In this document: in pieces, positions 40,646 to 51,342 of the stretch | How positions within the stretch are numbered: position 1 is the stretch's first letter | Layout: each line of letters begins with the position of its first letter | Source: an uncultured Acidobacteriota bacterium | GTDB taxonomy: Bacteria > Acidobacteriota > Vicinamibacteria > Vicinamibacterales > UBA2999 | DNA: 64,000 bases | Assembly: GCA_963723005.1 (NCBI GenBank) | Contig: CAVRPA010000008.1 | Location: 584,479 to 648,478, forward strand | Reading direction: 5' to 3' | Position numbers and translations under genes: made by a program | Notes under the pieces: generated by a model | Database searches by the model: none | The model's input: only the letters and a program-made list of their open reading frames with translations | What the model was told of the DNA's origin: nothing

Positions 40646-41218
40646 CTAGCCCTGCGAGGCGCTCTTCTCGGTGTCGGCCACCGGCGTGCCCGCCGCCGTG
40701 GCCGGGGCCGGCGTGTCGGCCTGCTTGGGCCGGTGCAGCAGCAGCACCTTGTCGTCGCGGTGCTTGGCGTCCTGGTCCTTGAGGAAGGTGAGGGTGGTCT
40801 GCAGCGACTTCACCAGCCCCTCGACGCCTTCCTCGACTTCGCGGCGCTTGATCCGCAGCCCGTCGATCTCCCGCTGCACGTCCTCGAGCCGCCCCTGCGA
40901 CTTCTGCACGATCAGGTCGGCGCGGGCCTCGGCGTCGCGCAGCACGCGCTGCGATTCGTCGTTCGCCTGATCCTTGATCTCGTCCGCCACCTTCTGCGCG
41001 GTGAGCAGGGTGTTACGCAGGCTGCGCTCCTGGCCGCGATGCTCGCTCAGCACGGACTCGAGCTTCGCCACTTCCTGGCGCAGCTTCTCGGTCTCGCGCA
41101 GGGCGTTCTCGTAATCGTCGGCGACTTCCGTCAGGAAAGCCGTGACCTCACCGCGGTCGTAGCCGCGCATCACGGTGTTGAATCGCTGCTGACGGAGATC
41201 GAGCGGAGTTACCTTCAT
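40646..41218 (-). CDS. divIVA: DivIVA domain-containing protein
   Basis: 'LTPLDLRQQRFNTVMRGYDRGEVTAFLTEVADDYE' is the canonical DivIVA N-terminus, followed by a coiled coil. Confidence 0.85.
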   Translation of the reverse strand: MKVTPLDLRQQRFNTVMRGYDRGEVTAFLTEVADDYENALRETEKLRQEVAKLESVLSEHRGQERSLRNTLLTAQKVADEIKDQANDESQRVLRDAEARADLIVQKSQGRLEDVQREIDGLRIKRREVEEGVEGLVKSLQTTLTFLKDQDAKHRDDKVLLLHRPKQADTPAPATAAGTPVADTEKSASQG

Positions 41219-41249
41219 GCTGCAAACCTTTCACTGCCCCCTGCGGGGC

Positions 41250-41942
41250 CTAATACCTGCTGCCGAAAATCGCGCTGCCGACGCGGACCATGGTGGCTCC
41301 TTCCGCGATCGCCACCTCGAAGTCGTGGCTCATGCCCATCGACAGCTCGTGGAGACGGTCGGCCGGCGTGCCATCCTGCACCCAGCCGTCGCGCAACTCG
41401 CGCAAGCGGCGGAACCATGGCCTGGCGTCCTCCGGGTCGTCCACCGCCGGTGGCAGCAGCATCAAGCCCGCGAGGGCGGCCCCGCGCATGCCATCCGCGG
41501 CCGCCAGCATCGCCGGGACATCTTCCACCCGGGCGCCGTGCTTGGTGGCTTCGAGCGCGAGGTCCACCTGGATCAGCACCCGCACCTGTCGGCCTTCGCT
41601 CGCCGCCACATCGTCCACGCGCCGCAGCAGGTCCAGGCTGTCGATCGCGTGAATCCAGCCCACCCGTCCCGCGGCCTTTCGCACCTTGTTCGACTGCAAA
41701 TGGCCGATCAGGTGCCACCCGATCTGCATGTCGGCCGCAGCGTCGATCTTCTGCAGGGCTTCCTGCACCTTGTTCTCGCCGAAATCGCGCTGCCCGGCGT
41801 CGTAGGCCTCCCGGACGGCCTCGATCGGGAACGTCTTGGACACCGCGATCAGGCGGACGTCCCCGGCGCGCCGGCCCGCCCGCAGGGCCGCGTTCGCGAC
41901 CCGCTCGCGCACCGCCGCGAGCCGTTCGCCAACCTCACTCAT
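41250..41942 (-). CDS. yggS: YggS-family pyridoxal-phosphate homeostasis protein
   Basis: 'LIAVSKTFP' (PLP Lys), 'FGENKVQE', 'WHLIGHLQSNK' and 'LSMGMSHDFEVAI'. The ATG overlaps the upstream stop (ATGA). Confidence 0.9.
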   Translation of the reverse strand: MSEVGERLAAVRERVANAALRAGRRAGDVRLIAVSKTFPIEAVREAYDAGQRDFGENKVQEALQKIDAAADMQIGWHLIGHLQSNKVRKAAGRVGWIHAIDSLDLLRRVDDVAASEGRQVRVLIQVDLALEATKHGARVEDVPAMLAAADGMRGAALAGLMLLPPAVDDPEDARPWFRRLRELRDGWVQDGTPADRLHELSMGMSHDFEVAIAEGATMVRVGSAIFGSRY

Positions 41943-42871
41943 TTCTTCAGCTGCGCCACCATCGTCTTCGCCTGCGTGGCGAACTGACCGGTGGGGGCGA
42001 GCTTGAGGTACGACTCGAACGAGCCGACCGCCTCGGGCATCTTGCCCTCGTTCAACAGCGCCATGCCGAGCTGGTAGTGGGCGTCGGCAAAGTTTGGATC
42101 CGCCTTGATGGCTTCCTCGAACTTGGTCTTGGCCTCGGCAATCTTGCCCTGGTTCCAGAGGATGATGCCCTGGTTGTAGATGGCATCCGCCGAGCCGCCG
42201 GAGGCGCCGCCGGCCGAGCCGGCCTTGGCGCTCATCGCCGCCGCTTCGTCGAACCGCTTCTGGTTGTTGTACAGCGTCGCCAGGGCGTTCAGGGCGTTGG
42301 CGTTGTCGGGCTTCAGTTCGAGGACCTTCTTCCACGACTCTTCCGCCTGCTTCTCGTCCTTCTTCTGAAGCTGGGAAACGCCGAGGTTGTAGTAGCAGTC
42401 GGTGCAGTCGGGGCTGGCCTTGGCCGCTTCGGTGAAGCGGGCGATGGCGGTGTCGTGGTCGCCGGAGCGGCTGGCGGCGACGCCTTCGTCGAACAGCTTG
42501 TTGGCGGCCGCCTTGGCCGGGTCGGCAGCAGCGCCTGCCCCGGGCGTGAGCGTGATGGTGACATCGGCTGGCGCGCCGAGCCTCACCCGCACCGGCGCGC
42601 TCTGCGTGCCCACCTTATCGGCGCTGGCCGTCACCATGTACTCGCCGGACTCGGTGAGCAGTTGTACGAACTCGCCGCGCTTGTCGCTCTTGGTCTGGAA
42701 CTTCCGGTTCGTCCCGCCCTTGAACTCGATGACGACGGCCGCGCCAACGATGGGCTGGCCTTGTCCGTCGATGACCTTGCCCTTGATCATGGTGGACTGG
42801 GCCAGCGCGCCGGTGGCGAGCATCAGCACCGCGGCCAGTGCCAGAAATGAAGTAGTCAGTGTCTTGGACAT
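41939..42871 (-). CDS. secreted protein with carboxypeptidase-regulatory-like domain and TPR repeats
   Basis: Signal peptide MSKTLTTSFLALAAVLMLATGALAQ. 'IKGKVIDGQGQPIVGAAVVIEF' is a CarboxypepD_reg-like beta-sandwich. Several TPR units follow ('YYNLG', 'ALNALATLY', 'AHYQLGMAL'). Confidence 0.75.
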   Translation of the reverse strand: MSKTLTTSFLALAAVLMLATGALAQSTMIKGKVIDGQGQPIVGAAVVIEFKGGTNRKFQTKSDKRGEFVQLLTESGEYMVTASADKVGTQSAPVRVRLGAPADVTITLTPGAGAAADPAKAAANKLFDEGVAASRSGDHDTAIARFTEAAKASPDCTDCYYNLGVSQLQKKDEKQAEESWKKVLELKPDNANALNALATLYNNQKRFDEAAAMSAKAGSAGGASGGSADAIYNQGIILWNQGKIAEAKTKFEEAIKADPNFADAHYQLGMALLNEGKMPEAVGSFESYLKLAPTGQFATQAKTMVAQLKK

Positions 42872-42898
42872 GTGCGCACCCTCGTTGAAGAGTGTAGA

Positions 42899-44869
42899 TT
42901 ACTCCGCCATAAAGCGGTCGATGGCGCCCAGATCGTAGGAGATTGGGGCCGGGGGGAACGAGTCGAGGAAGCGCCGGCCGTAGGGCATGGTCCGGAGGCG
43001 GGGGTCCAGCACCGCCAGCACGCCCCGGTCGTCCCGGTGCCGAATCAGCCGGCCCAGGCCCTGGAGCATGGCCAGCACCGCCAGCGGCACCTGATAGTCC
43101 TGGAAGGCATCGCCGCCGTCGGCGGTAATCGCCTCGACCCTGGCCGCCGTGATGGGGTCTCCCGGCGAGGCGAACGGCAGCTTGTCGATAATCACGCAGC
43201 TCAGCTGTTCTCCCGCTACATCGACCCCCTGCCAGAAGGACGAGGTGGCCAGGAGCACGGCATTCGGGGTGGTCCGGAACCGCTGGAGGAGGACCGTTCG
43301 CGGCGCGTCGCCCTGCACCAGCAGCGGATACGGCAGCGAGTGGGTCACCAGCTCCTGCACCTCCCGCAGCACGCCGTAGCTGGTGAAGAGCACGAAGGCG
43401 CGGCCACGGGTGCGGCGCAGGATCTCGAGCACCTCGCGCGCGGCGGCCTCGCCGAAGCCGGGCATCTTGGGCGACGGCATCCGCCGCGGCAGGTAGAGCA
43501 TGGCCTGGGTGGCGAAGTCGAACTCCGACGGGATGGAGATCTCCTCGGCGTTCCGCACCCCCAGGCGTCCGCGCACGTAGTCGAACGACCCTTCCACGGT
43601 CAGCGTGGCCGAGGTGAGGATCGTCGCCCGCATGCGATCGAACAGCATCTGCTGCAGGATCTCGGCGACGTCAATCGGCGCCGCGCGCAGGAACACGCCG
43701 CGCCCGCGCGTCTCCACGAAATACACATGGTGCGGATCGGAGGCCGACATCAGGAAGCGCAGGTGATCGCGGATCTCGGCGGCGCGCTTGCCTGCCGCCA
43801 GCGCGTCTTCGCTGCCTCCGCTGGATGTGGCGCTCGACGCCGCCAGGCTCATCGCGCCTTCCAGCCCGTCGAGCGCGCTGACGAGCGCCAGGCCGTCGTT
43901 GATGACGTCGCCGAACCAGGCCGGCCCGATGCGCAGGCGTTCGTTGGCGTTGCCGCGGCTGGCGCGCGCCAGCGTCAGCCCGCCGAAGAACGCCCGCGCG
44001 TGATCGTCCACGCGGCGAACCTGCCGCCGCAGCGCGCTGTCCTCGTCGCTCACCACGCCGGCGTTGATCAGGCGCTCGCAGTCGCGGCCGAGCTCGTCGA
44101 GGCGGTAGTTGCTGACGGCAATCCCGAAATACTGGGTGGCCACGTCTTCGAGCTGGTGCGCTTCGTCCACGACCGCGTAGTGGCAGGTGGGAATCACTTC
44201 GCCGTACGAGCCCTGGCGTACGGCGGCATCCGCGCACAGCAGGTGATGGTTGACGATCACCAGGTCCGAGGACGCCGCGCGCTGCCGCATGCGCGTGACG
44301 AAGCACTCCTGATACTGCGGGCAGTCGCTGCCGAGGCAGGTCTCGGACGTGGCCGAGATGTCGTGCCACAACGGCGACGATTCCGGCAGGTCCTCGAGCT
44401 CGGCGCGATCGCCGGTGTCGGAGGTCTCCGACCATACGGCGATACGTTCCAGTTCGGCGCCAGCCGACGACCCGCCGCGGGCCTGCTGGAGCCGGTGGAG
44501 GCATAGATAGTTCGACCGGCCCTTCATGTAGGTGGCGGTGAACGGCACGCCGAGCGCCTGCTGCAGCACCGGCAGATCCTTGAAGTAGATCTGCTCCTGC
44601 AGGTTCTTGGTGCCGGTGGACACCAGCACGCGGTTCCCGCTGAGGATGGCAGGGACGAGATAAGCGAGCGTCTTCCCAGTGCCCGTGCCGGCCTCGGCAA
44701 GCAGCACTCCGCCCTGTTCGAGCGTGTCGGCGACGGCGCCCGCCATGGCGCGCTGACCCTGACGCGGTTCGAAGTGGGGCAGTTCGCGCGCGAGCGGGCC
44801 GTCGTCGGCGAAGACGGCCTCGGCCGCGGCTCTCAGGCCAGTTCCGGGTACAGCGGGAACTTCCGGCAC
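42899..44869 (-). CDS. dinG: DinG/XPD-like ATP-dependent DNA helicase (Fe-S, DEAH)
   Basis: '[14 protein letters not shown]' Walker A, '[10 protein letters not shown]' and a Cys cluster '[12 protein letters not shown]'. The start is uncertain: GTG at 44869 overlaps the glyA 3' end, and the rest of ORF 42899..45367 is antisense-free read-through. Confidence 0.75.
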   Translation of the reverse strand: MPEVPAVPGTGLRAAAEAVFADDGPLARELPHFEPRQGQRAMAGAVADTLEQGGVLLAEAGTGTGKTLAYLVPAILSGNRVLVSTGTKNLQEQIYFKDLPVLQQALGVPFTATYMKGRSNYLCLHRLQQARGGSSAGAELERIAVWSETSDTGDRAELEDLPESSPLWHDISATSETCLGSDCPQYQECFVTRMRQRAASSDLVIVNHHLLCADAAVRQGSYGEVIPTCHYAVVDEAHQLEDVATQYFGIAVSNYRLDELGRDCERLINAGVVSDEDSALRRQVRRVDDHARAFFGGLTLARASRGNANERLRIGPAWFGDVINDGLALVSALDGLEGAMSLAASSATSSGGSEDALAAGKRAAEIRDHLRFLMSASDPHHVYFVETRGRGVFLRAAPIDVAEILQQMLFDRMRATILTSATLTVEGSFDYVRGRLGVRNAEEISIPSEFDFATQAMLYLPRRMPSPKMPGFGEAAAREVLEILRRTRGRAFVLFTSYGVLREVQELVTHSLPYPLLVQGDAPRTVLLQRFRTTPNAVLLATSSFWQGVDVAGEQLSCVIIDKLPFASPGDPITAARVEAITADGGDAFQDYQVPLAVLAMLQGLGRLIRHRDDRGVLAVLDPRLRTMPYGRRFLDSFPPAPISYDLGAIDRFMAE

Positions 44870-46110
44870 AGCGTTTCGACTTCGGCTTTCACCATGGCGA
44901 GGGCCTGCGTGTCTTCGGGCGAGGCCAGGACGCGCGCGATGAACGCGGCGATCTGGTCCATCTCGGGTTCCTTCATGCCGCGCGTGGTGACCGCGGGCGT
45001 GCCGACGCGCACGCCGCTCGCCACCATCGGTGGATTGGTGTCGAAGGGGATGGCGTTCTTGTTCACGGTGATGCCGGCCTCGTTCAGCGCCTTCTCGGCG
45101 ACCTTGCCGGTGAGACCCTTCGAGAACACGTCCACGAGGACGAGGTGGTTGTCGGTGCCGCCGCTGACGAGACGGAACCCCGCGGCGCCCAGCCCCGCCG
45201 CCAACCGCTGCGCGTTCTTCACTACCTGCGTCTGGTAGTCCACGAACGCCTGTTCGGACGCTTCCTTGAAGCAGACCGCCTTGGCGGCGATGACGTGCAT
45301 CAGCGGGCCGCCCTGGATGCCCGGGAACACCGAGCGGTCGAGGTCCTTCGCGTACTGCGAGCGGCACAGCACCATGCCGGCGCGCGGCCCACGCAGGGTC
45401 TTGTGCGTCGTCGTGGTGACGAAGTCCGCGTGCGGCACCGGGCTCGGGTGCACCTTCGCGGCCACCAGGCCGGCGATGTGCGCCATGTCCACCATCAGCA
45501 GCGCGCCGGTGTCCCTGGCGACCTTGCCGGCGCGTTCGAAGTCGAGGACGCGCGGATAGGCGCTGGCGCCGACGATGATCAGCTTCGGCTTGTGCTCGTG
45601 CGCCAGCCGCTCGAACTCGTCGTAGTCGATCCGCTCGTCCTCCTTGCGCACGCCGTAGGGGACGATCTTGTAGAACTTGCCCGAGAAGTTCAGCGGGTGG
45701 CCGTGCGTGAGGTGCCCGCCGTGAGCCAGGTTCATGCCGAGGATGGTGTCACCGGGCTGGAGCACGGTGATGAACACGCTCATGTTCGCCTGCGCTCCGG
45801 AGTGCGGCTGGACGTTGGCGTGCTCGGCGCCGAACAGCGCCTTCGCGCGGGCGATCGCCAGCGACTCGGCGACGTCCACGAACTCGCAGCCGCCGTAGTA
45901 GCGCTTGCCCGGGTAGCCCTCGGCGTACTTGTTGGTCAACACCGAGCCGACCGCTTCGAGGATGGCCGGGCTGACGAAATTCTCCGAGGCAATCAGTTCG
46001 AGACCGCTTTCCTGGCGACCGAGCTCGTGCCCGATAGCGGCGGCGATTTCGGGATCCATCTGGGCGAGCGTGCGGGGGGCGAGGCGTGTGTCGGTGGACA
46101 TCGTGAACAA
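44833..46110 (-). CDS. glyA: serine hydroxymethyltransferase
   Basis: '[15 protein letters not shown]' and '[13 protein letters not shown]' (PLP Lys). 425 aa. Confidence 0.95.
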   Translation of the reverse strand: MFTMSTDTRLAPRTLAQMDPEIAAAIGHELGRQESGLELIASENFVSPAILEAVGSVLTNKYAEGYPGKRYYGGCEFVDVAESLAIARAKALFGAEHANVQPHSGAQANMSVFITVLQPGDTILGMNLAHGGHLTHGHPLNFSGKFYKIVPYGVRKEDERIDYDEFERLAHEHKPKLIIVGASAYPRVLDFERAGKVARDTGALLMVDMAHIAGLVAAKVHPSPVPHADFVTTTTHKTLRGPRAGMVLCRSQYAKDLDRSVFPGIQGGPLMHVIAAKAVCFKEASEQAFVDYQTQVVKNAQRLAAGLGAAGFRLVSGGTDNHLVLVDVFSKGLTGKVAEKALNEAGITVNKNAIPFDTNPPMVASGVRVGTPAVTTRGMKEPEMDQIAAFIARVLASPEDTQALAMVKAEVETLCRKFPLYPELA

Positions 46111-46113
46111 ATT

Positions 46114-47688
46114 CTACTGCGGCCAACAGCGGTGAGGGGCGACAACCGTGGGTGGTCGCTCGAGGGGCGGGCTGGCTCTGCATTGCTCCGAGTTGGAAGA
46201 ATCTCGATACCGGAGTTCACGTCGCTCGCCTGCCCGACAACCGCCACCGAACGATAGTGCGACCGAATCCACTGCATCTTCTCTGCCCGTAGTGGGCCGC
46301 GGAGCCAAATGGCGGATATCCGTATTCGCTCGTGTCCTTCGCCACCAACGCCACGAAGTCCGGGGGCGCGGAGACGAGCGATTGCAACACCGCATCCTCG
46401 CCAAAGATCAGAATCTCCGGGGGCATCAGCGTGACGATACGCAGCGGCGACGCGCGTCGCAGGAGGTAGTTCAGCATCACGCCCTTCGGGCAGCACGGCG
46501 ACGGTGTACTTCCGGTCGCCGCCGAGTCGCTGGATCTCGTGCAGGGCCTGATTGACCGCGGCGCCTTGCCACGCATCCGGGGCCGACGAGGCCAGGAACT
46601 GGTCCGACCCCGTTCCGACGAGCGTTGTCTTCGCCTGATACCACCGCTGCGACACCATCAGGTACGGCAGCACCGCGGCCGCAATCGCGCCAATGGCGAT
46701 CAGCCGGAAGGTTCGATCGGCCCCGGGCGGAGACCATGGGCGCAGCAGTGCGGGAATCAGCCAGCAGACCGTCACGATGAACACCACGGTGGCTGGCAGT
46801 GGCGAGATAGAAGCCGTAGTGGCCAAGGCGTGGGTTGAGCCCGATCTTGAATCAGCAGAACCAACCCGCATGCCGCCAACATCAGGATCGGCGTCGCGGC
46901 GACCGCGGCCTCGTGGGTCGTTGCTCGGGCCCGCACCCAGCCCACCATGGCGAGCAGGCCCGAAAGACAGAACAAGGGCAGCCCCAACGCGAAGGTCCCC
47001 CACCCAGAAGCAAACAGTGGCACGACGGCCATTCCCAAAGGCAGGACCGGCCCCATCAATGAAGCCCGTCGGGACGGTGCGTGGTTCAACCAGGCGAGAA
47101 TTGCGGCCACCAGCAGATACGCCGAAACGGCGACGAACGTGATGACCATCCGCGCCATGTTCTGCCAGGGCCGGTCCAGACCCATGCCCGCCACGTAATA
47201 CGGGTTCTGCGCCACCGAGTGTTGAAGAGCACCGCCACCGGCCGCGCCACCGCGTTGAACGCATCCATCGCGGGCATGTGCAGCAGGAAATAGCCGACAA
47301 ACAGAAGCGGCGGACCGGTTGCGGCGCCGAGGAACAGCGCCGCCGTCCTGGCGAGGCCGTCGGCGGCTGCAGCCAGGCGCGCGCGCCATGAGAAACGCGG
47401 TGACGACGGCGGCCGCCGCCAGCCAGCGCGGTCTCTGGCTTCGTGAGCATGACGCCGCCGAAGCACACTCCGGCGACAGCCCATGGAAGCCGGCGGCCAG
47501 ACGCGAGGGCTCGATGGAGGCAGCACGATCATCGCGACGACGAGTGCCACACCATGAGTGGCGTCGTGGGCATAGGGCGTCACGAAGTTGTAGTTGCCGA
47601 CGGCCAGGTACTCGGAGAAGCCGAAGAGCAGCAGCGTCGCGAGGCCGGCGACTGCTACCATGCCGCCGTTCGGAGGAACCCTGCCCAT
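46114..47688 (-). pseudogene. polytopic membrane protein (GT-C/PMT_2-like?) fragmented over all three frames; 3' limit uncertain
   Basis: Colinear coding-looking pieces lie in ORFs 47086..47811 (MGRVPPNGGMVAVAGLATLLLFGFSEYL...), 46772..48541 (...NPYYVAGMGLDRPWQNMARMVITFVAVSAYLLV...), 45993..47468 (...VVFIVTVCWLIPALL...QFLASSAPDAWQGAAVNQAL...) and 46217..46576 (...GVMLNYLLRRASPLRIVTLMPPEILIFGEDAVL...). At least 4 frame changes. Confidence 0.45.
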
Positions 47689-48718
47689 GCGATATGTCCT
47701 GACCCTGGTGTGTGCGCTCTCGCTGTCCATCGCTCTCACCGGCCAGGCGCAGGCGCCCCTGCAGCGGCTGCTGCAGGCCGAGCTCTCGCGCATCCCCGCG
47801 AAGGCCGGCATCTACGTCAAACACCTGAAGACCGGCGAGACGGCGGCGGTGCTGCCCGACGAGAAGTTCAACAGCGCCAGCGTGATCAAGATCCCGGTGC
47901 TGGTGATGGCCTATCAGATGGCCGAGAAGTCCACGCTGGATCTGAACGCGCGCGTGACGATCGCCAAGGGCGACAAGCGCGGCGGCTCCGGCGTGCTGCG
48001 CTACCACGACGCGGGATTGCAGCCGACGCTGCGTGACGTGATGATGCAGATGATCATCACGAGCGACAACACCGCCACCGACATCGCCATCGCCAGGGTG
48101 GGCGGCGTGCCGGCAGTCAACGCCTGGCTGAAGGCCAACGGCTATGCGCCGGCGCTGCAGTTGAACGGCACGATTCTCGAGGTGTTCCGCAACCGCTTCG
48201 TGCTGGCCGACCCCAAGGCGTCCACGCTGACCGCCGAAGACGTCTACGGCCTCGGCTCCGGCGACCTCGCCTATGGCACCTCGCCGCGGGCCTTCCTCGA
48301 GAGCATCCAGGCCGGCATGCAGAAGCCCGAGGTGCAGGCGGAGAACGTGCGGCGGCTCGACGAAGTTCCGGCGAGCTGGCTGGGTGAAATCACGCCGGCC
48401 GGTGTGGCCCGGATGATCGAGGCCATGGAGACCGGCAAGCTCACCTCCACCGCGTCGGCCGACGAAATGAGCCGCATGTTCCGGTGGCAACAGTCGGGAG
48501 CGCGCCGCCTGCCGCACTTCATCACCGTCCCGGTCGGCCACAAGACCGGCGACTTCGCGCCCTCGGTTGCCAACGACGTGGGGATCATCTACACACGGTC
48601 GGGTCCGGTGGTGGTGTCGTTTCTATTGAACGCCATCCGCGAACCCTATGCCGAGGCCGAGGACCGCATGGGCCACGTGGCGCGCGTGATCGTCGAGTAC
48701 TTCGACGGCAGGCCCTGA
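47687..48718 (+). CDS. class A beta-lactamase-like serine hydrolase
   Basis: Signal peptide MRYVLTLVCALSLSIALTGQAQA. 'SASVIK' (SxxK), 'SDN' and 'HKTGD' (KTG) motifs. GGAGGA lies about 10 nt upstream. Confidence 0.75.
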   Translation: MRYVLTLVCALSLSIALTGQAQAPLQRLLQAELSRIPAKAGIYVKHLKTGETAAVLPDEKFNSASVIKIPVLVMAYQMAEKSTLDLNARVTIAKGDKRGGSGVLRYHDAGLQPTLRDVMMQMIITSDNTATDIAIARVGGVPAVNAWLKANGYAPALQLNGTILEVFRNRFVLADPKASTLTAEDVYGLGSGDLAYGTSPRAFLESIQAGMQKPEVQAENVRRLDEVPASWLGEITPAGVARMIEAMETGKLTSTASADEMSRMFRWQQSGARRLPHFITVPVGHKTGDFAPSVANDVGIIYTRSGPVVVSFLLNAIREPYAEAEDRMGHVARVIVEYFDGRP

Positions 48719-48784
48719 CGGCTCCCGCGATGTCCACCACTGGGTGCTGACAGGAGCCGTCCGACAGGCTCCCGCTTCAGGCGG

Positions 48785-50110
48785 TCAACGGCGCTGAGCT
48801 CGGCCCCAGCCAGGGATCGAGCGGAGCACGTAGAGGCAGATCGAGACGCCGACGAGCGCTGCCAGCCCGAGAGCTTCTTCAGCGGTCAGCTGCCACAACA
48901 GCCAGCCGACGACGAGGCAGCTCAGGACGGGAATGGCCGGCCCGCCGGGAATCGTGAAGGCGCCGCCTGGCGGATGACCATCCCGTTGTCGCAGGCGAAG
49001 GACGGCCAGGCTCACGCCGCCATAGACGACGAGGATCGACCCCGACGCCACCACCGCCAGTGGCTTGAACGTGCCGCTCAACGCGAGCGCGCAGATCACC
49101 GCCGCGAAGAAGATGATGGACACATACGGCGTCTTGTAGCGGGGATGCACCCGGGCGAGGATGCCTGGCAGGTTGCCGTCTCGCGCCGACGCGAAGACAA
49201 CACGCGGCGCGGCGAGCATGTCGCCGCTAACCGTGGCGTAAATCGAGATCACACCCGCGACCAGCAGCATTCGTGACCCCCAATCACCGAATATCGCCTG
49301 GGCCACGGCGGCAAGCGGGGCCTCGGTGTTGCGCGCGAGCTCGGGCCCCAGCACACCCTGCGCGACCGTCTGCAGGCCCAGGTACAGCAGGAGGACGCCC
49401 CCCAGTCCCATCAGCAACCCACGTGGCACGGTCTTCGGCGGGTGCGTGATCTCGCCGCTCGCGTGCAACCCGGCCTCGGCTCCGGCAAAGGCGAAGAACA
49501 AGACCAGTGTGCCCGCGCCCAGTGACGAGAGCGACGGCCATTCGGTGATCGACAGGAAGTCGGTGTCGATGGCGAAGAGCCCCACGGCGACGAGCAGAAG
49601 CAGCGGCACGAGCTTGGCCACCGTATTGAGCGCGAGCAGCCTGAGACCCGCGCGGACGCCGGTGACGTTGACCCAGGCGAGGAACCCGCACAAGGCGACG
49701 ATGACGATCCCGCGCGGCACCGGTTGCGCAAGAGTGGGCAGCGCCACCGCCATCGTCTCGACCATGGCCACCGTGATGGCGGCGTCTGAGAGCACGGACC
49801 AGCCGAACCAGATCAGCACCGAGGCAATGAATCCGGCGAACGGGCCGAAGGCGTCTTCGATGTAGGCGTAGGCGCCGCCGCTGCGCGTGATGCGGCTGCC
49901 GATCTCGGCAAAGCAGAGGAAGACCAGCGCCACTGCCACCGAGCATGCGAGGTAGGCCAGGATCGCGGCCGGGCCGAGTTGCGCGGCGATCAGGCCGGGC
50001 AGCACGAAGATGCCGCCGCCGACGGTCAGGTTGATGATGCTGAGGCCCAGGGCGCGCGGGCCGATGGCGCGCACCAGCCCTTCGTCGGAGTCGCGACCAT
50101 CCCGGTTCAT
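48785..50110 (-). CDS. APC-family amino acid/polyamine/organocation permease
   Basis: ATG at 50110 inside the 1055-aa read-through ORF. 12-TM-like profile with 'LGLSIINLTVGGGIFVLPG' and 'AFAGAEA'. Confidence 0.85.
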   Translation of the reverse strand: MNRDGRDSDEGLVRAIGPRALGLSIINLTVGGGIFVLPGLIAAQLGPAAILAYLACSVAVALVFLCFAEIGSRITRSGGAYAYIEDAFGPFAGFIASVLIWFGWSVLSDAAITVAMVETMAVALPTLAQPVPRGIVIVALCGFLAWVNVTGVRAGLRLLALNTVAKLVPLLLLVAVGLFAIDTDFLSITEWPSLSSLGAGTLVLFFAFAGAEAGLHASGEITHPPKTVPRGLLMGLGGVLLLYLGLQTVAQGVLGPELARNTEAPLAAVAQAIFGDWGSRMLLVAGVISIYATVSGDMLAAPRVVFASARDGNLPGILARVHPRYKTPYVSIIFFAAVICALALSGTFKPLAVVASGSILVVYGGVSLAVLRLRQRDGHPPGGAFTIPGGPAIPVLSCLVVGWLLWQLTAEEALGLAALVGVSICLYVLRSIPGWGRAQRR

Positions 50111-50172
50111 TGACCTTCCTTCGGTCTGCTGGTGACGGCGCCCGGCAGCCACGCCGCCGCCGGAGAGGCGGT

Positions 50173-51253
50173 TCAGCTCAGGAACTCGTGTAGAAGCGCG
50201 TGGAAGTGATGGACGCCCTGCTCCTGGCGCGGCGCGTAGCGTCCCCGGTCGTAGACACGCGAACCGAGATTGCGTTGGACGACCTCGCAGATCTCGCGGT
50301 CCTCGTCCTGGACCTTGTCGCTGAAGGCGATGCGACGTGCCCAGTCGTCGCTCTTGGGATCGACGCTCTGGTCCAGCGCGAACCACTCGAAGACGACCGT
50401 GGTGCGGTCGTGCCCTCGTGGCAGCACCACGTTGGTCTGCAGCTGCCCGAAGTAGACGTTGAGCATGATGTTCGGGAACAGCCAGTAGGTACTGGGCCGA
50501 CTCGTTCTTCGCATCAGGGCGATACAGGCGGTCCGCGTCTCCCGCCGCCGCGCCCCGCAACGGAGCATGCTGGATGGAGTAGTAGCGTCGCGGCTCGACC
50601 CGATACTGCTTGTCATCCAGCTCCTTGTGCAGCGTCGGGTGGACGAGCGGGATGTGATACCCCTCGAGGTAGTTGTCGACGTAGACCTTCCAGTTGCACG
50701 CCACGTCGTATTCGCGCCGCTCGATGCACGAGTAGGTCAGGCTCGAATCGAAGGCGACCCTGGCCGGCAGGTCCTCGAGGAAGTGCGCGAGCGGCGGCGC
50801 CTTGAGGTCGAGATTGGCGAACACCAGCGGCCCCCAGGCCTCGACCAGCAGCGGCACGAGATGCATCTCGTCGGCGGCGAAGTTGCGTGCGTCCTCCATG
50901 CCCGGCGTGCGGAGCAGCGACCCGTCGAGCCGATAGGTCCAGCCGTGATACTTGCACTGCAGCGTCTGGCGGCTTCCGCACCCGGATGCCACCGGGCCGG
51001 CGCGGTGCAGGCAGACGTTGTGGAACCCCCGCAACGTGTCGCCGTCGCGCACCACGACGATGGCCTCGCCGCCGATCTCGGTGGTGAAGTACTGCCCGCT
51101 CCGGGTCACGTCCGCGGTGCGGCCGACCAGTTGCCACGTGCGGCCGAAGACGCGCTCCTGTTCCAGTTCGAGGAAGACGGGATCCGTATAGAGCCGCGCC
51201 GGGATGGTCGCGGCGCGCTCGATGTTCAGATCGAAGGGGAAGGGCGTGGCCAC
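50173..51253 (-). pseudogene. Rieske [2Fe-2S] ring-hydroxylating/betaine-type oxygenase alpha subunit with one frame disruption near 50480
   Basis: Rieske motif 'CLHRAGPV...CKYHGWTY' and catalytic 'NWKVYVDNYLEGYHIPLVHP'. The C-terminal part continues in ORF 50173..50616 ('YWLFPNIMLNVYFGQ...'). GTG start at 51253. Confidence 0.75.
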
Positions 51254-51342
51254 GGCCGCAGTATAGCGATCCGCGGGTCCGTGCTCTCGCGTGGGGGCGC
51301 GACGTATACTGGCGCCCTCGTGAGGATGACAAGGGGCGGCAC

